64,000 nucleotides of DNA from Narcine bancroftii (GCF_036971445.1 NC_091479.1:7688001-7752000), one strand, 5' to 3'; counted from the stretch's first letter, positions 49,172 through 61,605 are shown. Made by a program: numbers and translations. The notes: generated from the letters alone by a model not told the origin.

Positions 49172-50387
49172 CTGTTGTTTCTTTGATGCCCTTTCCTCTT
49201 CTTCTTTCTTGTTTCCATTGTCTTCTGTGGTCTCTTCTTGCTGCAGGTGTTCTGCAGCTGTCGTTGCCGGCTGTGGAGATCGACTCCCCAGCTGGTCCCC
49301 CCTCCCGTCGGTGTGTTTTTTTGCATGCGCGAGGAGTCGCGCATGCGCGGTTGCGCACTTTTACTCGGCTCTGTGAGCCATTGTTGTAGTTCTTTTTCTA
49401 CCGACCTGAGGTAGTGGGGTCCTCTCTCCACAGCGGGCCTCTTCGGACAGGTAAGGCCTTCACCTTTTTCCTCCGTTGTCTTCTCTTCCTCTCTTCTTTC
49501 CGTTGATTTTGATTTTTCTCCTTTTGTCTCCATCTTCTTTCCACCTTTATACTCACTTTTCTTTAACTTGTATTTCTGTGCCTTTGTGTTTTTCTTTGTT
49601 TTTCCCGACTTTTCTGGAGAGGGCTGGAGTTCACCGTCCGGCCACTACTCCATCACGTGACTCCTCTGAACAGGCACTAGTTCTGGACATTTTACATTTG
49701 AGGCACAGTAAAACTATATTTTTAAATTTCCTTTCAACAGAGAAAAAGGCAATTCTGCCCCTTTGAAACCCAAGTCACCCAATTACACCCATTAATCCAC
49801 CAACCATGCACATTTTTTGAGGTTGGTATTAACACACAGATGTTGATGATCATTTCTCAGTATTGTACAAATTAGGAGTAGTCTAATTTATTGCTTATTC
49901 TGGCAGACTAAAGGCAGGGTCATATAATATTAAATTTTGTTTTGTTACATGACAATAAAATAATCTTGAAAACTCTCAACCCATGGAAGGGAAAACCTGC
50001 CCGATTTCTATCTAAAATAGTTATAAGGTCTTGTTCATGGTCTATCTGTAATTTCTGTCAAGACTACCTTTGGAGGGAGCACGAAGACTTCGATAGCAAT
50101 TCTTAAAATTTAGATGCACTTCGTGGTTAACAGGACCATTTCGGCCCACAAACTTGTGCTGCCCCAATTACACCTAGTTGACCTACACCCCGGGTATATT
50201 TCAAACAGTGGTAGAAAACCGGAGCTCCAAGGGAAAACTCATGCAGATACGGGGAGAACATGCAAACTCCGTAAAGACAAAACGAGATTCGAACCCTGGT
50301 CCCATGCCACCCAAAATTTTCCCTGATTCACCACTTGTTTAATGGAGATGGGGGAAACTCTTAGATTTCTGTCATGAGTTGTCAATA

Positions 50388-50735
50388 ACCCCTTTTCCAC
50401 TGGCACACTATCCCATGAATCAACAGCGAATTAACTGGGACAGTTTCCAGTGAGAAATGAAAGCAGACAGCATGCTGGCATCAATTGATAAAATTTTACA
50501 CTGGAGATTGATGGCCTCTACGCCTACTCATATCCCTGGCATCAGCTGATTAAACCAGTGGAAAAAGGGCAAGTTCCATCCATTCCATTCCATCTGAAGG
50601 TAGACTTTCCGATCCCTAGGGATGAGTTGTGTTCAGTGGAAAAGCAGTCAGTGGCCCAGTGAAAACAGCACAAATCGCTTCCTATCCTGGGACACTGCAT
50701 TGCCAATTAAATGGGATGCCAGTGGAAAAAAGGCT
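50388..50735. mobile_element. PIF/Harbinger-like MITE
   Basis: TIRs CCTTTTCCACTGGCA / TGCCAGTGGAAAAAAGG with TAA at both flanks. Confidence 0.6.
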
Positions 50736-51152
50736 TAAAATTGGTTAACTGGCCATCACAACTGGCAAGTGTTTTTTTTCCCCCCCACAAAAGGTGAGAC
50801 CAGAGCCAGGCTGTGATTTTCTTTCAGCCAATATATCAGATGCCTTATGTTCACTGGAGAGATACATGGCCCATCATAACCACACTGAGCTTTGTACCCA
50901 TCTGAACCCATTTGTCTGTACTCGGACATCTCCTTCCTCATCTTGCCTATTTAAGTACCCATCTAAGTGTCCCTGAAGCACAGTGATTGGAAAAAGTCTC
51001 ATATAAGTATGAGCCACATAGCCAGTATGCCTTCAAGGAAGGAAACAAAATCTTTGTTGGGAAATGACAAACTTTTGATCTCGGTATTTTGCATTATAAA
51101 GCTTGCATTCCAACATTAGCCTGCATGTATCTGCTCTTTTCTGACTTGACAG

Positions 51153-51207
51153 ATTTCTCCCTATGAGAGCCTTCGGCTGATGTGTCTACTTTCGTTAACT
51201 GAAAGTG
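51153..51207 (+). CDS. VPS33B: VPS33B exon 16
   Basis: ISPYESLRLMCLLSLTES. Confidence 0.95.
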
Positions 51208-51665
51208 GTGAGTCAACCTTCTAATATTAGGTTGTTCCATGACTGGGGATACTTGAGCTAAGATGCATGTATGCTTTCTCTAAGTGCACATGCAAACACG
51301 CATAGGATCAAGCACACCTAATCCTGCCCACTTTCTCTCCCTCAGCCCTCTGATCCTGACACCTTCTCTTCTAACCTTCAATCTCCCCCTTCTTACTTCC
51401 TGGGACCGCCTTCACTCACGTCCTGGGGTTGTCAGTGTAGCAGATGAGAAGGAGGTTTTCTGATGGGGAGATTGAGTAGAAAAGTGAAGCCTGGTGATCT
51501 TGTAGAATCAGGGATTGAACTCGAGGGGAAATACAACGTGCACCTTTTTCTTATGCCATGTGTTACATCGCAGACCAGGAGCAATGAAAATTCACTAAGG
51601 TAGTGGTTTTTCCTTTAAAACACTATATTTATTAATAACTAATAACACATTAGTTAAAGCCAACT

Positions 51666-51668
<3 letters not shown>

Positions 51669-51726
<58 letters not shown>
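51669..51726. repeat. (TG)n microsatellite
   Basis: ~29 TG units. Confidence 0.95.
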
Positions 51727-51728
<2 letters not shown>

Positions 51729-52434
51729 AGTGAGATACCTAAACCATTACAGCTTAGGCACAATTCTGGAAACTCATTCCAAAGTTCAGTCTTAGAAATC
51801 CATTGTTAACTTATAAACTGATGCATAGAAGTAATCATGAAGGAGATGGGAGAGACTGAGTGACCAGACTGCTGTAAACTCGCGAATCCTTGTCGAGTTG
51901 CTTCCAGAGAAATATCCTTTCGTGTGAATGGTTGCCACAACTCCCCTTTCCTTGCGTTGGGGAAATGAAACGCGTGACTTCCACAATTATTCCAAAACCC
52001 AGGCAGGGGTCAATCGAAGTGATCTTTCTTTGGGCCATGGTCCAATGCAGTAATTCTCCTTTTCCTGACAGGGAGGATCAGCTGAATTGTCCATTATCTC
52101 ACAGAGTCATTCCTGCTCCATGTTTGATGAGATGGCTGCTGGTCCATAATATGCTGTTCCTTCAGTATTCCACGCACATGACTCTCACACCACCTGTGTC
52201 ACTGGAAACAACAACAAATGTTCTTTCTCCTCTCTAAAGTAGCAAATTTGGGTACTAGCTGTTGCCACCCAGTCTTTCTACAGCTGTGAATATTGGCCCT
52301 TAAAGTTATACCCACTCTAAATGAAACAGGAGCTTGTAATACACGACAACTTGGTTCATTCTTAAAATAGATCTTTTTATCCCTTTTACCAATTATTCTC
52401 AGTTTGTGTAAAGTCATACACATATTTATCAAAC

Positions 52435-52590
52435 ACATTGTCACGTAATAATACATTTAGAATGTAACACATGAAATTCTTTAACTTTTGTCTACTGTTA
52501 GACAGACAGAGAGTTTCCACTTTGTCCATCTCCCCTCCAAGTACTGACCAGTCCTGAGCCTGCTAAGCTTCCAAGATCAGACAATCTCAA
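52435..52590 (-). mobile_element. 5S-derived SINE3-like copy (internally deleted)
   Basis: Minus strand GTCTGATCTTGGAAGCTTAGCAGG...GGTCAGTACTTGGAGGGGAG plus tail AAAGAATTTCATG..GTTACATTC as in the 23950 copy. Confidence 0.65.
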
Positions 52591-52791
52591 ATCATTGTAC
52601 AACTCATTAGAATTCTAAAAATGTCCTTTAAATTCTCTACTGTTACAGAAATGGATATTGTCAGTAATTACCCTTTGAGGCGAGAGAGTAACATTTCAGA
52701 GATTGCTGTATATTGCCACACCTTGAATGAGAATTTCAGTAATGCCAGTTCTTTTCTGATCATTTTCTTGTGCATTCGTATTACCCCACAG

Positions 52792-52838
52792 GTCTGATTT
52801 CCAAAGATTATCGATCGTTAAAAACACAGTATCTGCAG
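52792..52838 (+). CDS. VPS33B: VPS33B exon 17
   Basis: LISKDYRSLKTQYLQ. Confidence 0.95.
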
Positions 52839-54106
52839 GTAAGCAGAGAAAAACATTACCATTACAGTTGCATACGTGGGTGTGAACTCTTCCAACTTTA
52901 GGAGTGGGCAACGTTGGAAGGTTTTCAGTGGGTCTTGTTCCTGCAATTGTTCCACAGGCATTTTCAACCTGCTCTGGTCTCTGGAGGGAGACTTTAACCC
53001 AGAAATCTCAGATTCAGATTTATTGTCAGAGTACATACAACCCTGGGATTCTTTTTCCTGTGGGCAAGGCAGAATTACCACTTATTGGCAGTGAAAAGAA
53101 AACCTGACTTAACGTACACATGTAAACAAATAAAGAAATATAATCAAACTGACTGCAAAACAGAGAGAGAAAAAAAAAATCAATAAAGTGCAAAATTGAA
53201 TCCCTGATTGAGTTTGTTGTTGAGGGGTCTGGTAGTGGAAGGGGAGCAGCTGTTCCTGAACCTGGGGGTGCGAGTCTTGTGGCACCGATACCTCTTTCCT
53301 GATTCTGACTTGAGAGATAAGATTGCTCTCCGCTGACCTCCTTTGGTGCTATGGGTTGAGTGAGAAATACAGTCCAAAAATACAGAGTACATATGGATGT
53401 AAGTTAAAATACAAAAGGATGTATTACACTTAAATCCTGTCATTTCATCCAAGGTTCCCCACATTTTAATCAAACAGATTATATTGTATTGATATATTAT
53501 ATAAAAAAAATGAAAATCTAAACCCACGACCAAGAAAGAAGTTGTTTGGCCAAAAAGAAAGAGAAGAAAGACCCAATAACTTCATTAGTCAACGTTTCTA
53601 CCTTCATAACAAATCAAGGATTATAAAAGTCACTCAAAATGGGTCCCCACAGAGTTTGAAAATTTACATTCAAAAATCAGAAATTGAGTGTCTAATCTTC
53701 TCTTAAGTTTAAACGTGATGTGACGTCACAGAGCCATTGAGCAGGATTAGGTGGGATAATGTCCCTCCATCTCAGCAACTCTGCCTGCCAAGCCAGAAGA
53801 GAAATAAAGCTAATACATGCAGCTCAGATGTCGCTAACATTGTCATTCTCCAACAATATCAAATAAGGGATTTGGTTTAAAATTAACTTTAAAAAGGGAC
53901 AATGTATAATTCATATTTGACTCATATTCTGCATTGCATTATACAAAACCTATATAATTAATTAATATCTAAACAATATATACTTGTAATATTTCTCTTA
54001 TCAAATTAATAAAAATGTTTTTAAAAAAGTGCAGAGAAAGTTTGAAATACTTTAATCCAATATTTCGCAAGATTCTGATATGTCCGAAACATGAATTAAT
54101 GAAGTA

Positions 54107-54805
54107 CAGGTGCCTAACCTTTTATCCAGATTTCCAAAAACTGGCACTTTTCTCAGTAGATGACATCTGCTCATCAAAGATGGAGTTTGGCACCAAACAT
54201 GACCCAACACGACGCTCACTCAACTCCCGTGTATCCCGTCACATTCCCCTATCTTATAAGTGCCTCCAAATTGCAGCATCACGGTGCTTTCAGTCAATCC
54301 AGTGGCAACTCAATGGCTGTCGTCACTACCCATAATCCCCCATGCAGCTGAAACTGCTGTCCCAGTGCCAGCACAGGAGAACCAAGAAGGGAGCCATTCT
54401 GGCATTGGGACAGCAGAGGGCGAGGGAGGAGAGAGGGAGACGGCAGAGCAACTCGGGCGGGCAAGGGGGGAAAGACAGCAACACAACTCAGACAGGTGAG
54501 GGGGAGAGACGGCAGCGTGAATTGGGCGGGCGAGGTATGGGGAGATGGCAGAGCAACGCTTGTAAGGGGGGATAGAGCCAGGAGTGCAACTTGGACGGCG
54601 AGGGGGGAGATGACAGCAAGACGGGCGGGCGAGGTGGGGAGATGGCAGCTTGACTCAGATGGGCAAGTGGGGTGAGGAGAGAGATGGCAGCGTGACTTTG
54701 GTGAGCTTAAAGAGACGGAAATCAAAATTATTCTGAAATCCAGAAAATTCTGAACAACGGCAGGTGTCTTGACCCGTCGATCCCAGATAAAAGGTTAGGC
54801 ACCTG
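54107..54805. mobile_element. Tc1/mariner (Tigger-like) MITE
   Basis: Perfect 20-bp TIR CAGGTGCCTAACCTTTTATC with TA TSD on both sides. Confidence 0.8.
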
Positions 54806-54950
54806 TATCTCCATTATTGCATTTATTACAATGAGGAGATACATCTGCAAAAAAATGAGATAGATTGACTTTTTTTTTAATCACCTTTTAAAGGATCCTT
54901 TCAACCATATGAAGAAAATCTGTGGTAATGGAAATTGGGGAGAGGAGAAG

Positions 54951-54986
<36 letters not shown>

Positions 54987-55099
54987 AGAAAGGGACGAGG
55001 GGAGGGAAAGAGGAAAAGAAGTGAGAAAAATAGAGAGGAAGAGTTGGAAAAAGAAGGCAGGCTCTCAGGCAGTCACTCTCTGGGGTACATTTGTCCTTC

Positions 55100-55560
55100 C
55101 AGAGATGAGAGGGTTAGCGTATGAGGGAAGATTGAGTCGTCTGGGACTGTACTCACTGAAATTTAGAAGAATGAGAGGCGATCTTATAGAAATGTATAAC
55201 GTTATAGAAGGTAGGTAAGATAGGGGAAGGTAAGTTGTTACCATTGCTGGGGCAGACCAAAACTAGGACAAGGCTTCAAGGTTCACAGCAGTAGATTTAG
55301 GAGGAGATGAGGAAGAACTGCTTTTCCCAGAGGGTGGGGAATCTGTGGATTTCACTGCCCATTGAAGCCGTGGCGGCGACCTCAGTGAATATATTTAAAT
55401 CAAGGTTGGATAGATTTCTACATAGTACGGGAATTAAGGGATGTGGGGAAAAGGCAGGTAGGTGGAGATGATCCTGTCAACAGATCAGCCATGATCTCAT
55501 TGATTGGCAGAGCATGTTCGACGGACCAGATGGCCGACTCCTGCTCCTTTTTCTTGTGTT
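55100..55560 (+). mobile_element. CR1 LINE 3' fragment
   Basis: MRGLAYEGRLSRLGLYSLKFRRMRGDLIEMY motif and CR1-type tail. Confidence 0.8.
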
Positions 55561-56225
55561 CCTTGGCGAGTAGATGGGATATGCCTTAATCCCACTGGAT
55601 ACTCCCATGCAGAAAAATAGTGTAAAATATTCTGATTCCAATCACCAGCTTGGTGCAAGGCTGAAATTACAGTTGTCAGAACCACGTGGAACTGGTGACT
55701 GTACATGCTATTAACACAGCATTACATTTCACTCAATAGGCATCTCCATTCACTTAACTAACAGAATAAGCATTGAATGAAATTGACACCCAAACCAGAA
55801 GCTGTGATTGATTGATACATTGTCGAAACAGTTATGAAATGAACATACATTGTAATCTGATACACAATCCAGTCATAATGCAATTGGAGCAAATGGTGAG
55901 TAACTCCACATCTGACCTCCGCTTCTATCCATTATTGATGTGGTGGAAATGTACACCAGCTCACTCATATAAATTAATGAACCTTGATTTTGTAAATTGG
56001 CCTGTGTTGGAGAACTTTTAGGATGTGACTTTTGTGTCAGGTAGTGACCATTTAATCCAATTGTACAGTGGTAAGTATTGCCATCAAGCTTCAGAGAAGT
56101 TATTGATTTGTTTATCTTGCTTTTGTTACTGATGAACATAATTTCATCTCATACCCATTTCCTTTTGACTGGCCACTGTTATATTTGCCGTTCTAATCCA
56201 TAACTCGGCTTGTGTGTATTCTCAG

Positions 56226-56358
56226 AGCTATGGGTATGAGCACATGCTGACTTTCGCCAACCTGAAACAAATCGGAATGCTGACAGAGCAGCAACCCGGA
56301 GAAGTACTGACTGTAGTGGAGAGCACCATGGGGAAGCTTGTCACAGACAAGGCAGTTG
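56226..56358 (+). CDS. VPS33B: VPS33B exon 18
   Basis: [44 protein letters not shown]. Confidence 0.95.
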
Positions 56359-57640
56359 GTAAGGAGCCAAAGTGCTCGCCATGAATGTTGTGGGAAATTC
56401 TCTGTTTACTTTTCCCCAACCTGGATAAGAAGAAGAAATTGAAGGTAGTAATTTTTTTTAAAGACTGCTGGGGAGATGCAAAACGATTTCTTTTCTCCAG
56501 TAACTGATGTGACACTGCAACTCAGGGCCTCAACAGGTGGAGCACGTGGCTGAATACTGTACCTTCTGTAGTTGGGCGGAATTATTAGCCTAGTAGTTAG
56601 CGCAGTGGTGTTACAGTGCCGCCACCTGTAAGGAGTTTGTACCTTCTCCCGTGTCTGCTTGGGTTTACTCTGGGTGCTCCAGTTTCCTCCCACCCTTTAA
56701 GTTGTAAGTCAAATGGTGTAATTGGGTGGCACGGGCTCGTGGGCTGAAAGGGCCTGTTACCGTGCTGCATGTCTAAATTTATAGCCACAGACTGAGAGGG
56801 GGTAACTGGAATTACAGGAAGCTTCATTACAGGAAGGATGTGAAGGCTTTGGAGAGGGTCCAGAAGAGGTTTAACAAGATGTTGCCTGGTTTAGTATGGG
56901 TTATGGGGAGAGACTGTTCATTCTGGAGTGTAGAAGACTGAGGGGTGATCTGAGAGCCGTTTATGAAATTATGAGAGTTATTGCTAGGGTTGGCAGTCAG
57001 AACCTTTTTCCGTGGGTGAATGTCTCACGCACTGGAAGAAGTGTGTTTACAGTGAAGAGCAGGAGGAGGTTTAAAGAAAATGCACATCAATTTTTATTTT
57101 TAATGGGTAGGTGTAAACGGATAGAAAATAGCATTTAAGAGGCTTCTCGATCAACACGTGACTATGAAGGGGGCAGAGGGGTATTTATCATGTGCAGAGA
57201 GTTTTAGTTTGATTTGGTCATGGTCAGCACAGACATCTGGGCTGAAGGACCTGTTGCTGTGCTGTATTGTCCTACATTCTATTATTCTTCATCTTGCTGG
57301 TCTGCAATCTGTTTCCATTTAGATTGGTCTGCCTTTAAATTTCTCTTACTGAAGGGCAAGACCTCCACACTTTTCTACATTAAATTCCATTTGCCACCGG
57401 GCAACTGGGCAGGAAATGTAGCCTTTGGAGCTCTGATTTTGTTGAAGAGAAAATAGATGTACTCCCTGGATTTTTGACCTCCTTGGCTGTGAAGTTCTGG
57501 GCCACCGTACTTACCCGTGTTACTGGGCAATGTGTTCAGGACCTCTCATACTGAGTGACCCGGACACTCTTGTTTATGATCAGGCTCTCTGGATTGTGGT
57601 TTTATACAATTCACAAAAGTACAAAATCACTTGTTTTCAG

Positions 57641-57714
57641 GAAAGCTGACTGACGCCTTCTCATCTCTGGCCAGGAAAAGCCATTTCAGGGCTTTTAGCA
57701 AGCGGCTGAACCTG
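57641..57714 (+). CDS. VPS33B: VPS33B exon 19
   Basis: KLTDAFSSLARKSHFRAFSKRLNL. Confidence 0.95.
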
Positions 57715-58184
57715 GTAAGGAACCAAACAAATAGGCTGGTGCTTTGGGAGAATGCAGTAAACCAAATGTACACACACAGCAGATGGGTCTTTCTTGAATT
57801 AGATGATATACTTTAAAGTGATTGCTCGCTCCAGCACCCCTTACCCTTGGCTGGGTTGTAATGGAGTCACTGAGTTTTATTCATGGGCTGCAACGAGATG
57901 CATTTTGCTAAAGATAGATTGGCCTCACTGCTAGGAAAATGGCAACTCCACGAGTATGAATGGGATGGATTGCACAGATAGCTTTTTCCCTTTAAGTTCT
58001 TCGATATTTTCAAATTGTCCCAACTCAATCTGTGCAGTGTGGCAATCTGGCATTTTTAAATGAATGTGTCCCGATGTACAGTTGTAGTTGCACACAGTAA
58101 AATATATTCCATCCATCATGACACTGACACTATATATTGTTTTCCATATTGGAGTGTTCAGGGTCAACTACCATCTCTTGACAG

Positions 58185-58286
58185 ATACCTCGCTCAGAAG
58201 AAGAATATGATCTGAAGTTTCCACGAGACATGGCCTATGTATTTAGTGGTGCATATGTTCCATTGAGCTGTAAGATAATAGAACAG
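58185..58286 (+). CDS. VPS33B: VPS33B exon 20
   Basis: [34 protein letters not shown]. Confidence 0.95.
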
Positions 58287-58327
58287 GTATGTAATTGTAA
58301 TTTCCCTTCATGGTTCATGCATCTAAA

Positions 58328-58555
58328 TGGCATAGCGGTTAGCGTAACGCTCTTACAGAGCCAGTGATCGGGACTGGGGTTCGAATTCCGCACTGTCAGG
58401 AAGGAGTTTGTACGTTCCCCCTGTGTCTGCGTGGGCTTTCCCTGGGGGCGCCGGTTTCCTCCCACCATTCGAAATGTCCCGATGAGTTGTAGGTTAATTG
58501 GGGGGCACGGGCTCATGGGCCAGAATGGCCTGTTACCATGCTGTATGTCTAAATT
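58328..58555 (+). mobile_element. tRNA-derived SINE (V-SINE/HE1-like)
   Basis: GGCATAGCGGTTAGCG A-box, GGTTCGAATTCC B-box, same body and tail as the 8700 copy. Confidence 0.7.
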
Positions 58556-59157
58556 CATAAACAGTGAAGAGAACAAACCTATCTAATATTGCACATGTAG
58601 AAGGGCTAAACTATGAAACCATGTCCTATTTAATCAATTCATTCAAAGCTTTGCCTTTTGAAATGCATTTCTTTGTTTGTTCTGAACCAGACTGATTTAA
58701 TTGAGTGGCAAGGGTTTAAATGGGCAGAATTGGCTTTTACCATGTTGTAAATAAATTAAAATTAGTTTGTGTTTATCTCTGACTATATTTTGCTTCATTG
58801 AACTATCACACCTGAGTGATTCTGGCTCAGTTCAGAAACCCAGTACTTCTGTTTATTATTCCAATATTGCCCACCCTCTCCATCTCCAACCTACTCAAAA
58901 TAAACCACACCTTTTCTCCCGCGCTCTGCTGGACATTCCTCCATCTTCCTCTATCCCTGCTCATCTCCAAGAGACACCATCTTTTTTGGAACTTGCATTG
59001 ATTCTCATTCTCCAGTTCGCAATAGTTCATTAGTCCTTCCCTCGGTTCATATTGTTTCTTTGGGCCATCTTCTATGATCCACGTATGGCACAAATGTGGG
59101 TGTTGGTGGCTACCCCTCTGTGATTGTTCTTCAGATTTAACACCCTTCTGTCGTCAG

Positions 59158-59233
59158 GTACTGGAGCGAGACGGCTGGACAGGAATGGAGGAAGTGTCGC
59201 GGTTACTAAACTGCAGTGAATTTGTCTCTATAG
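59158..59233 (+). CDS. VPS33B: VPS33B exon 21 (last exon visible)
   Basis: VLERDGWTGMEEVSRLLNCSEFVSI; G|gtaagt. Confidence 0.93.
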
Positions 59234-60218
59234 GTAAGTGTTTGAAAAGGTTAGCCAGCCAGCTGTGTTGATTTTGGCCCATTCCTTTGTAGAGCTGCCA
59301 CTGTGTGCCTTTGGGCATTAATACATACCTCCCAGCTCCTCTCTTGGCGCTACTCTTTACGAATGAGCATCATCAAAGCCAACATAAATTGGCTTTTGTG
59401 GATAGCAGATGGCTTGAAGGGATACCACTGCACATAACCTATGGCAGCTCTCGGACGCGGCTCACACACGGCGTCATTGGAGCAGTGACGGGTGACCTTG
59501 GAACCTTGTGGAGTTGAGGCTTACATGAAGCACTGCATACTTTCTTGGGATGTTGAAGAGGGCTGGGTGTCAGGCGATTCTGATGTGAAGTAAAGAACTT
59601 TCCCTCATCCTCCAAAAAATGTGGAACTGATTAGGTTAGTGGAAAGGCAATCAGAGGTCTTGACAACTAATTTGTCATGATCTTGAACCCATCGATTCTG
59701 AGGAAATTAAATTCAGTTAATTAACTGTGATTAGAAATCTTGTCACAGTTGTGGTGGGCAGGAAACTACAGAATCAGGTTTTATTGGTCATGAACATGTG
59801 TCACAAAATCTGTTGTTCTGCGGCAGTAGTGTTGTATAGAAAGATACAAAACTAGTATAAATTACAATTCCATAAATATAAGATTTAAAAACAATAAATA
59901 GGTTCATAGGTTCATCGTCCGTTCATAAATCTGATGGCAGAGGGGCAGGAGCTGTTTTTGTAATGTTGAATGTGTGTCCTCAGGCTCCTGTAGATTGGAA
60001 ACCCTGGCAAATTTCGACAGAGGTGTGGTGCAAAGTGTGCTGACCAACCGCATCATGGTCTGGTATGGGAACACCAATGCCCCTGAGCTTAAAGCCCTGC
60101 AAAAAGTGGTGGACACATCCCAGGACATCACAGGCAAAGCCCTCCCCATCATCAAGAACATCTTTAGGGAACGCTGCCATTGGAGAGCAGCAGTAATCAT
60201 CAAGGATCCTCACCACCG

Positions 60219-61605
60219 GAGGAGTCACGTGATGGAGTAGTGGCTGGACGGTGAACTCCAGCCCTCTCCAGAAAAGTCGGGAAAAACAAAGGAAAACACA
60301 AAGGCACAGAAATAAAAGTTACAGAAAAGTGAGTATAAAGGTGGAAAGAAGATGGCGACAAAAAAAGAAAAATCGAAAGCAACGGTAAGAAGAGAGGAAG
60401 AGAAGACAAAGGAGGAAAAAGGTGAAGGCCTTACCTGTCTGAAGAGGCCCGCTGCGGAGAGAGAAACCCGCTCCCTCAGGTCGGTAAATAATGGACTACA
60501 AAAATGGCTCGCTGAGCCGAGTAAAAGTGCGCAACCGCGCATGAAAAAAAACACACCGACGGGAGGGGGGACCAGCTGGGGAGTCGATCTCCACAGCCGG
60601 CAACGACAGCTGCAGAACACCTGCAGCAAGAAGAGACCACAGAAGACAATAGAAACAAGAAAGAAGAGGAGGAAAGGGCACCAAAGAAACAACAGATGGT
60701 CAACCCAGAGGAAGAAGAAGAGGAAGAGTACAGGGAAATAGAAGAAGAAAAGAAAGGCAAGATAAAGAAGGTACTTTCTCTTATTAAAGGATACATGGAG
60801 TCATTTAAAGAATGGCAAACACAGGAATTTAAGGATTTAAGAAAAAGAATAAACAACACAGAAGAGAAAATAAATAAAATGGAGATGACCTTAACAGAAA
60901 TGGGAAAGAAAATGGACAAGATGGAAGAGCGGGCAGTAGCAGCAGAAATGGAGGTAGAAGACTTAAAAATGAAATTGGAGAAATCTAATAAAAAAACTAA
61001 AGAGACACAAGAACTACTAGCTCAAAAAATAGATACAATGGAAAACCATAACAGAAGAAATAACATAAAGATAGTGGGCCTTAAGGAAGATGAAGAAGGC
61101 AAGAATATGAGGGAGTTTATAAAAGAGTGGATCCCTAAGACCCTAGGATGTCCAGAACTACAGCAAGAAATGGAAATAGAAAGGGCACATAGAGTATTGG
61201 CCTCTAAACCACAACCACAACAAAAACCAAGATCTATTGTAGTAAAATTCCTAAGATATACTACAAGAGAAAAGGTACTGGAGAAGGCAATGGAAAAAGT
61301 AAGAGAGGGCAACAAACCACTGGAGTATAAAGGGCAAAAAATCTTCATTTATCCAGATATAAGTTTTGAACTCCTAAAGAAGAGAAAAGAGTTCAATACA
61401 GCAAAGGTGATTTTATGGAAGAAAGGGTATAAATTTATACTAAAGCATCCAGCGGTATTGAAAATATTTATTCCAGGACAACAAAACAGACTATTCTCGG
61501 ATCCAGAAGAAGCACGAAAATTTGCAGAACAATTACAAAAATAGACTGAGGGAGGAAGACGGGTAATGAGAGTTAAAATGATCACGATTGATATGTATGC
61601 GGGTA
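60219..61605 (+). mobile_element. Second L1 copy (5'UTR and ORF1), inserted in an older LINE fragment and cut by the assembly gap
   Basis: Begins GAGGAGTCACGTGATGG like the full copy; sequence runs into Ns in the inter-ORF spacer. Confidence 0.93.
60696..61544 (+). CDS. L1 ORF1, 282 aa
   Basis: Highly similar to ORF 48326..49171. Confidence 0.92.
   Translation: MVNPEEEEEEEYREIEEEKKGKIKKVLSLIKGYMESFKEWQTQEFKDLRKRINNTEEKINKMEMTLTEMGKKMDKMEERAVAAEMEVEDLKMKLEKSNKKTKETQELLAQKIDTMENHNRRNNIKIVGLKEDEEGKNMREFIKEWIPKTLGCPELQQEMEIERAHRVLASKPQPQQKPRSIVVKFLRYTTREKVLEKAMEKVREGNKPLEYKGQKIFIYPDISFELLKKRKEFNTAKVILWKKGYKFILKHPAVLKIFIPGQQNRLFSDPEEARKFAEQLQK

Larger units (their letters stand above)
43644..49666 (-). 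mobile_element. Full-length intact L1 retrotransposon (~6.0 kb) in VPS33B intron 15
   Basis: 5'UTR, ORF1, ~600-bp spacer, ORF2, G-rich 3'UTR, polyA; 15-bp TSD GAACAGGCACTAGTT at 43629-43643 and 49668-49682. Confidence 0.97.

Noticed and set aside
51561-52348. Possible solo LTR (minus strand TGT...TGTAACA with AATAAA)
   Set aside because: No matching TSD or second copy; boundaries cannot be supported
60225-60692. 155-aa antisense ORF in the L1 5'UTR (ORF0 analogue)
   Set aside because: Non-ATG start, low complexity, and interrupted by a stop in the other copy
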